DNA from: Moniliella sp. 'wahieum'
Lineage: Eukaryota
DNA: 64,000 bases
Assembly: GCA_003971905.1 (NCBI GenBank)
Contig: RSEE01000037.1
Span: forward strand, 1 to 64,000
Reading direction: 5' to 3'
The translations under genes were made by a program, and so were the position numbers. Of this stretch, positions 61,889 through 64,000 are shown piece by piece. The notes below the pieces were generated by a model, which was not told the origin of the DNA, did no database searches, and saw nothing but the letters and a program-made list of their open reading frames with translations. Every line of letters begins with the position of its first letter. Positions within the stretch are counted from its first letter, which is position 1.

Positions 61889-62429
61889 TGCGGAGAGACG
61901 GGACGAGGACGAAGAAGGGGGGGCGGTGGAGAAGCCCCAGCAGCGCCCCGGCCGACGCCTTCGTTCCAGTCGGCCTCTGAATTAATAACCGCCTGACGTC
62001 AGCACACGCCCCGTATTTGTAAGCGGCCGCGGGGTCTCCCCCGGTCACGTGCAGAACACGTGCCACTGCTGCGTGGCCGATCGGGGGCAGCTGGATTGGT
62101 GCGCCAGTGACGTCATCGATCCCCACTCCCGCATGCACGCGCCCTCGCCTGTGCGCGCGGACCACACGCGTGGCCAGAGGACCAGTGGCCGCGAGAGGCG
62201 CGAGCGCGTCGAGGCGTCGATGAGGCCGACGAGGGTGGGGAGGGTGCCCCCCTGCGGCGGCGGGGCAGCTGCGCTTGCTGCTCCCAGACTCCCGCGCACT
62301 GGCCGCCAGTGGCCGTCGCGGGAAGATCACATCTTCCCCCGCACCCCGCAGACGGATTATAAGCAGCCCTCTCCCGCGCCCGTGCGCTCTGCGGCCCCCC
62401 TCGCCCCGCCTCGTGTCCCCCGTCCACCC

Positions 62430-64000
62430 ATGCTGCCCACGCTCGCCGCCCCCGTGCACGCCGTCGTCCAGCAGGCGCGCCGCCGCACCGCTGCGCTCGC
62501 CCAGCACCCGCCGCTCTTCCTCTGCATCCGTCCTTTTGGATCTCGCAGGCGTACATTCTCCTCCAGTGTCTGCTCGCCTTCCTCTTTGCCCCGCCCGTGC
62601 CACGTACGTGCTGCTCCCTTGTTGTCCATGTGCCAGTCGCGCCGCGTCGCGTTCGTGGTGGCTTTTCTTGCTGACCCAACGCACGCCGCGCTCCAGCCAA
62701 GACGCGGTACGAGCACCCGCTCGGCCATGTGGCCGTGATTGGCACGGGCCTCACGGGCCTGTCCACCGCCGCGCACCTGCTCAGCCGCGGCTTCGAAGTC
62801 ACGCTCTTTACCCTGGCCGAATCCGAGCGCGAGCTGGGTGGGATCTGGTCGCGGGTCAACACAACGTCCGGGCTGCAGATCAGTAGTGTCATGTACCGCT
62901 TCTTCCCCTCGGTCTGCTGGTCCAGCGGCTACCCGCGTCGCGATGAGATTCTGGCCAACCTCGCTGTGCTGGCGGAAACGTATGGCCTGCTGGGCCGCAT
63001 TCGCTGGCGACGCCCGTAACGTCGGTCCAGCGCGCTCATTCCGCCCCTCGCACTGCGTCCTGCGACGAGCCCGTGCGCGGCCCAGCACAGTGGATTGTCA
63101 ATGGCGAAGAGGACGTGGTGTATGACGGGATGGCCGTTGCGACCGGCACATGTGGCCAGGCCAAGATGCTCGACTTGGACGGCCAAGAATCGTTTGCGGG
63201 AAAGATTGTGCACAGCATGCGCTGGATGTGCTGCACGCGTCCGATCTGGAGGGGAAGCAAGTCGTCGTCGTGGGCGGTGGGGCTTCCGGAGTGGAAGCGC
63301 TGGAACTTGTGCTCCGTCGTGGCGCGGCCAAAGCCACCATCTTAGCTCGGAGCGACAAGTGGTTTATCCCGCGCAACACGCTGGTGGATTGTTTGTTGGC
63401 ATGCCAGCCGCTGGGACGGGAGACACGCTTGACGCCCATCCTGGAATGGTTGTTGCGCAAGTTGCATTACCGCGACTTGGCCGAGAAGATGGCGCCGGTC
63501 GGCCTGCCGTTTTACAGTACGACGCCCGTAGTGAACGACGAGGCTTTGGCGCTCATCCGGACTGGCCGCGGCGAGTATTTGCGCGGAGACGTGCGCCACG
63601 TCGGGCCCGACAGCGTCCACTTTTCCCACCGCGCTCGGGGTACCCACGCCGGCGACCCCGGGTTTGAACAAGTGCACGTGCCTGCCGATGTGATTGTGGT
63701 CGCTACTGGATTTTCCAAGCCGTCCCTTGACTTTTTGCCCGACGACTTGTTCCCCGACGACTACCAGCGGCCCAACATGTACCTACAGGTGTTTCCGATT
63801 ACGGATCCGTCGTGTGGTGTCCGAATGCGACGTTTGAGGATGGAGTGGGCTCGGTGGGCAACTGGCACATTGGTATTTTTGCTCGGATCTGGAGCGTGTT
63901 TGCTATGGACCCAGCTACACGGCCTACGCCCCGGCAGATGCGCTTGTGGGTCGATCTGGTCGGCTGGGCCAAATCGTCATCGAGCGTACGCGCTCTCGCG
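62430..64000 (+). CDS. Flavin-containing monooxygenase-like FAD/NAD(P)-binding protein (runs off the window)
   Basis: VAVIGTGLTG FAD motif, LGGIWSRVN, VATGTCG, F.GKIVHS, VVGGGASG NADPH motif and VVATGF. TATAAG lies near 62358. Confidence 0.85.

Overview
This is eukaryotic, fungal (basidiomycete-like), GC-rich DNA from the left end of a chromosome: the window opens with (CCCTAA)n telomeric repeats. The first ~8.2 kb is a 5'-truncated Helitron whose Pif1-type helicase is split between motifs V and VI by a complete Ty3/gypsy chromovirus (825/824-bp LTRs, CTACC target-site duplication, Tf1-type self-priming PBS). The rest is mostly housekeeping genes: a GH79 glycosidase, GUA1, DMC1, an MnSOD without a presequence, a LIM-domain-binding-family regulator, CPA2, NAR1, an MFS transporter, an HMG-box factor, RPN14/PAAF1, BET4, MIF2/CENP-C, QCR2 and an FMO-like monooxygenase. 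A complete Ty1/copia element (43456-49874, GAGGC TSD) interrupts this run and is the most unusual object in the window. It has an in-frame UAG between gag and pol, a PBS that mirrors a tRNA anticodon arm (half-tRNA priming), and an internal second 'PPT - 160-bp mini-LTR - PBS - cargo' module upstream of the true 3' LTR. Almost every gene, including essential ones, carries single-base frameshifts, which points to an unpolished long-read assembly. Gene boundaries are therefore approximate and frameshifts are not treated as pseudogenisation.
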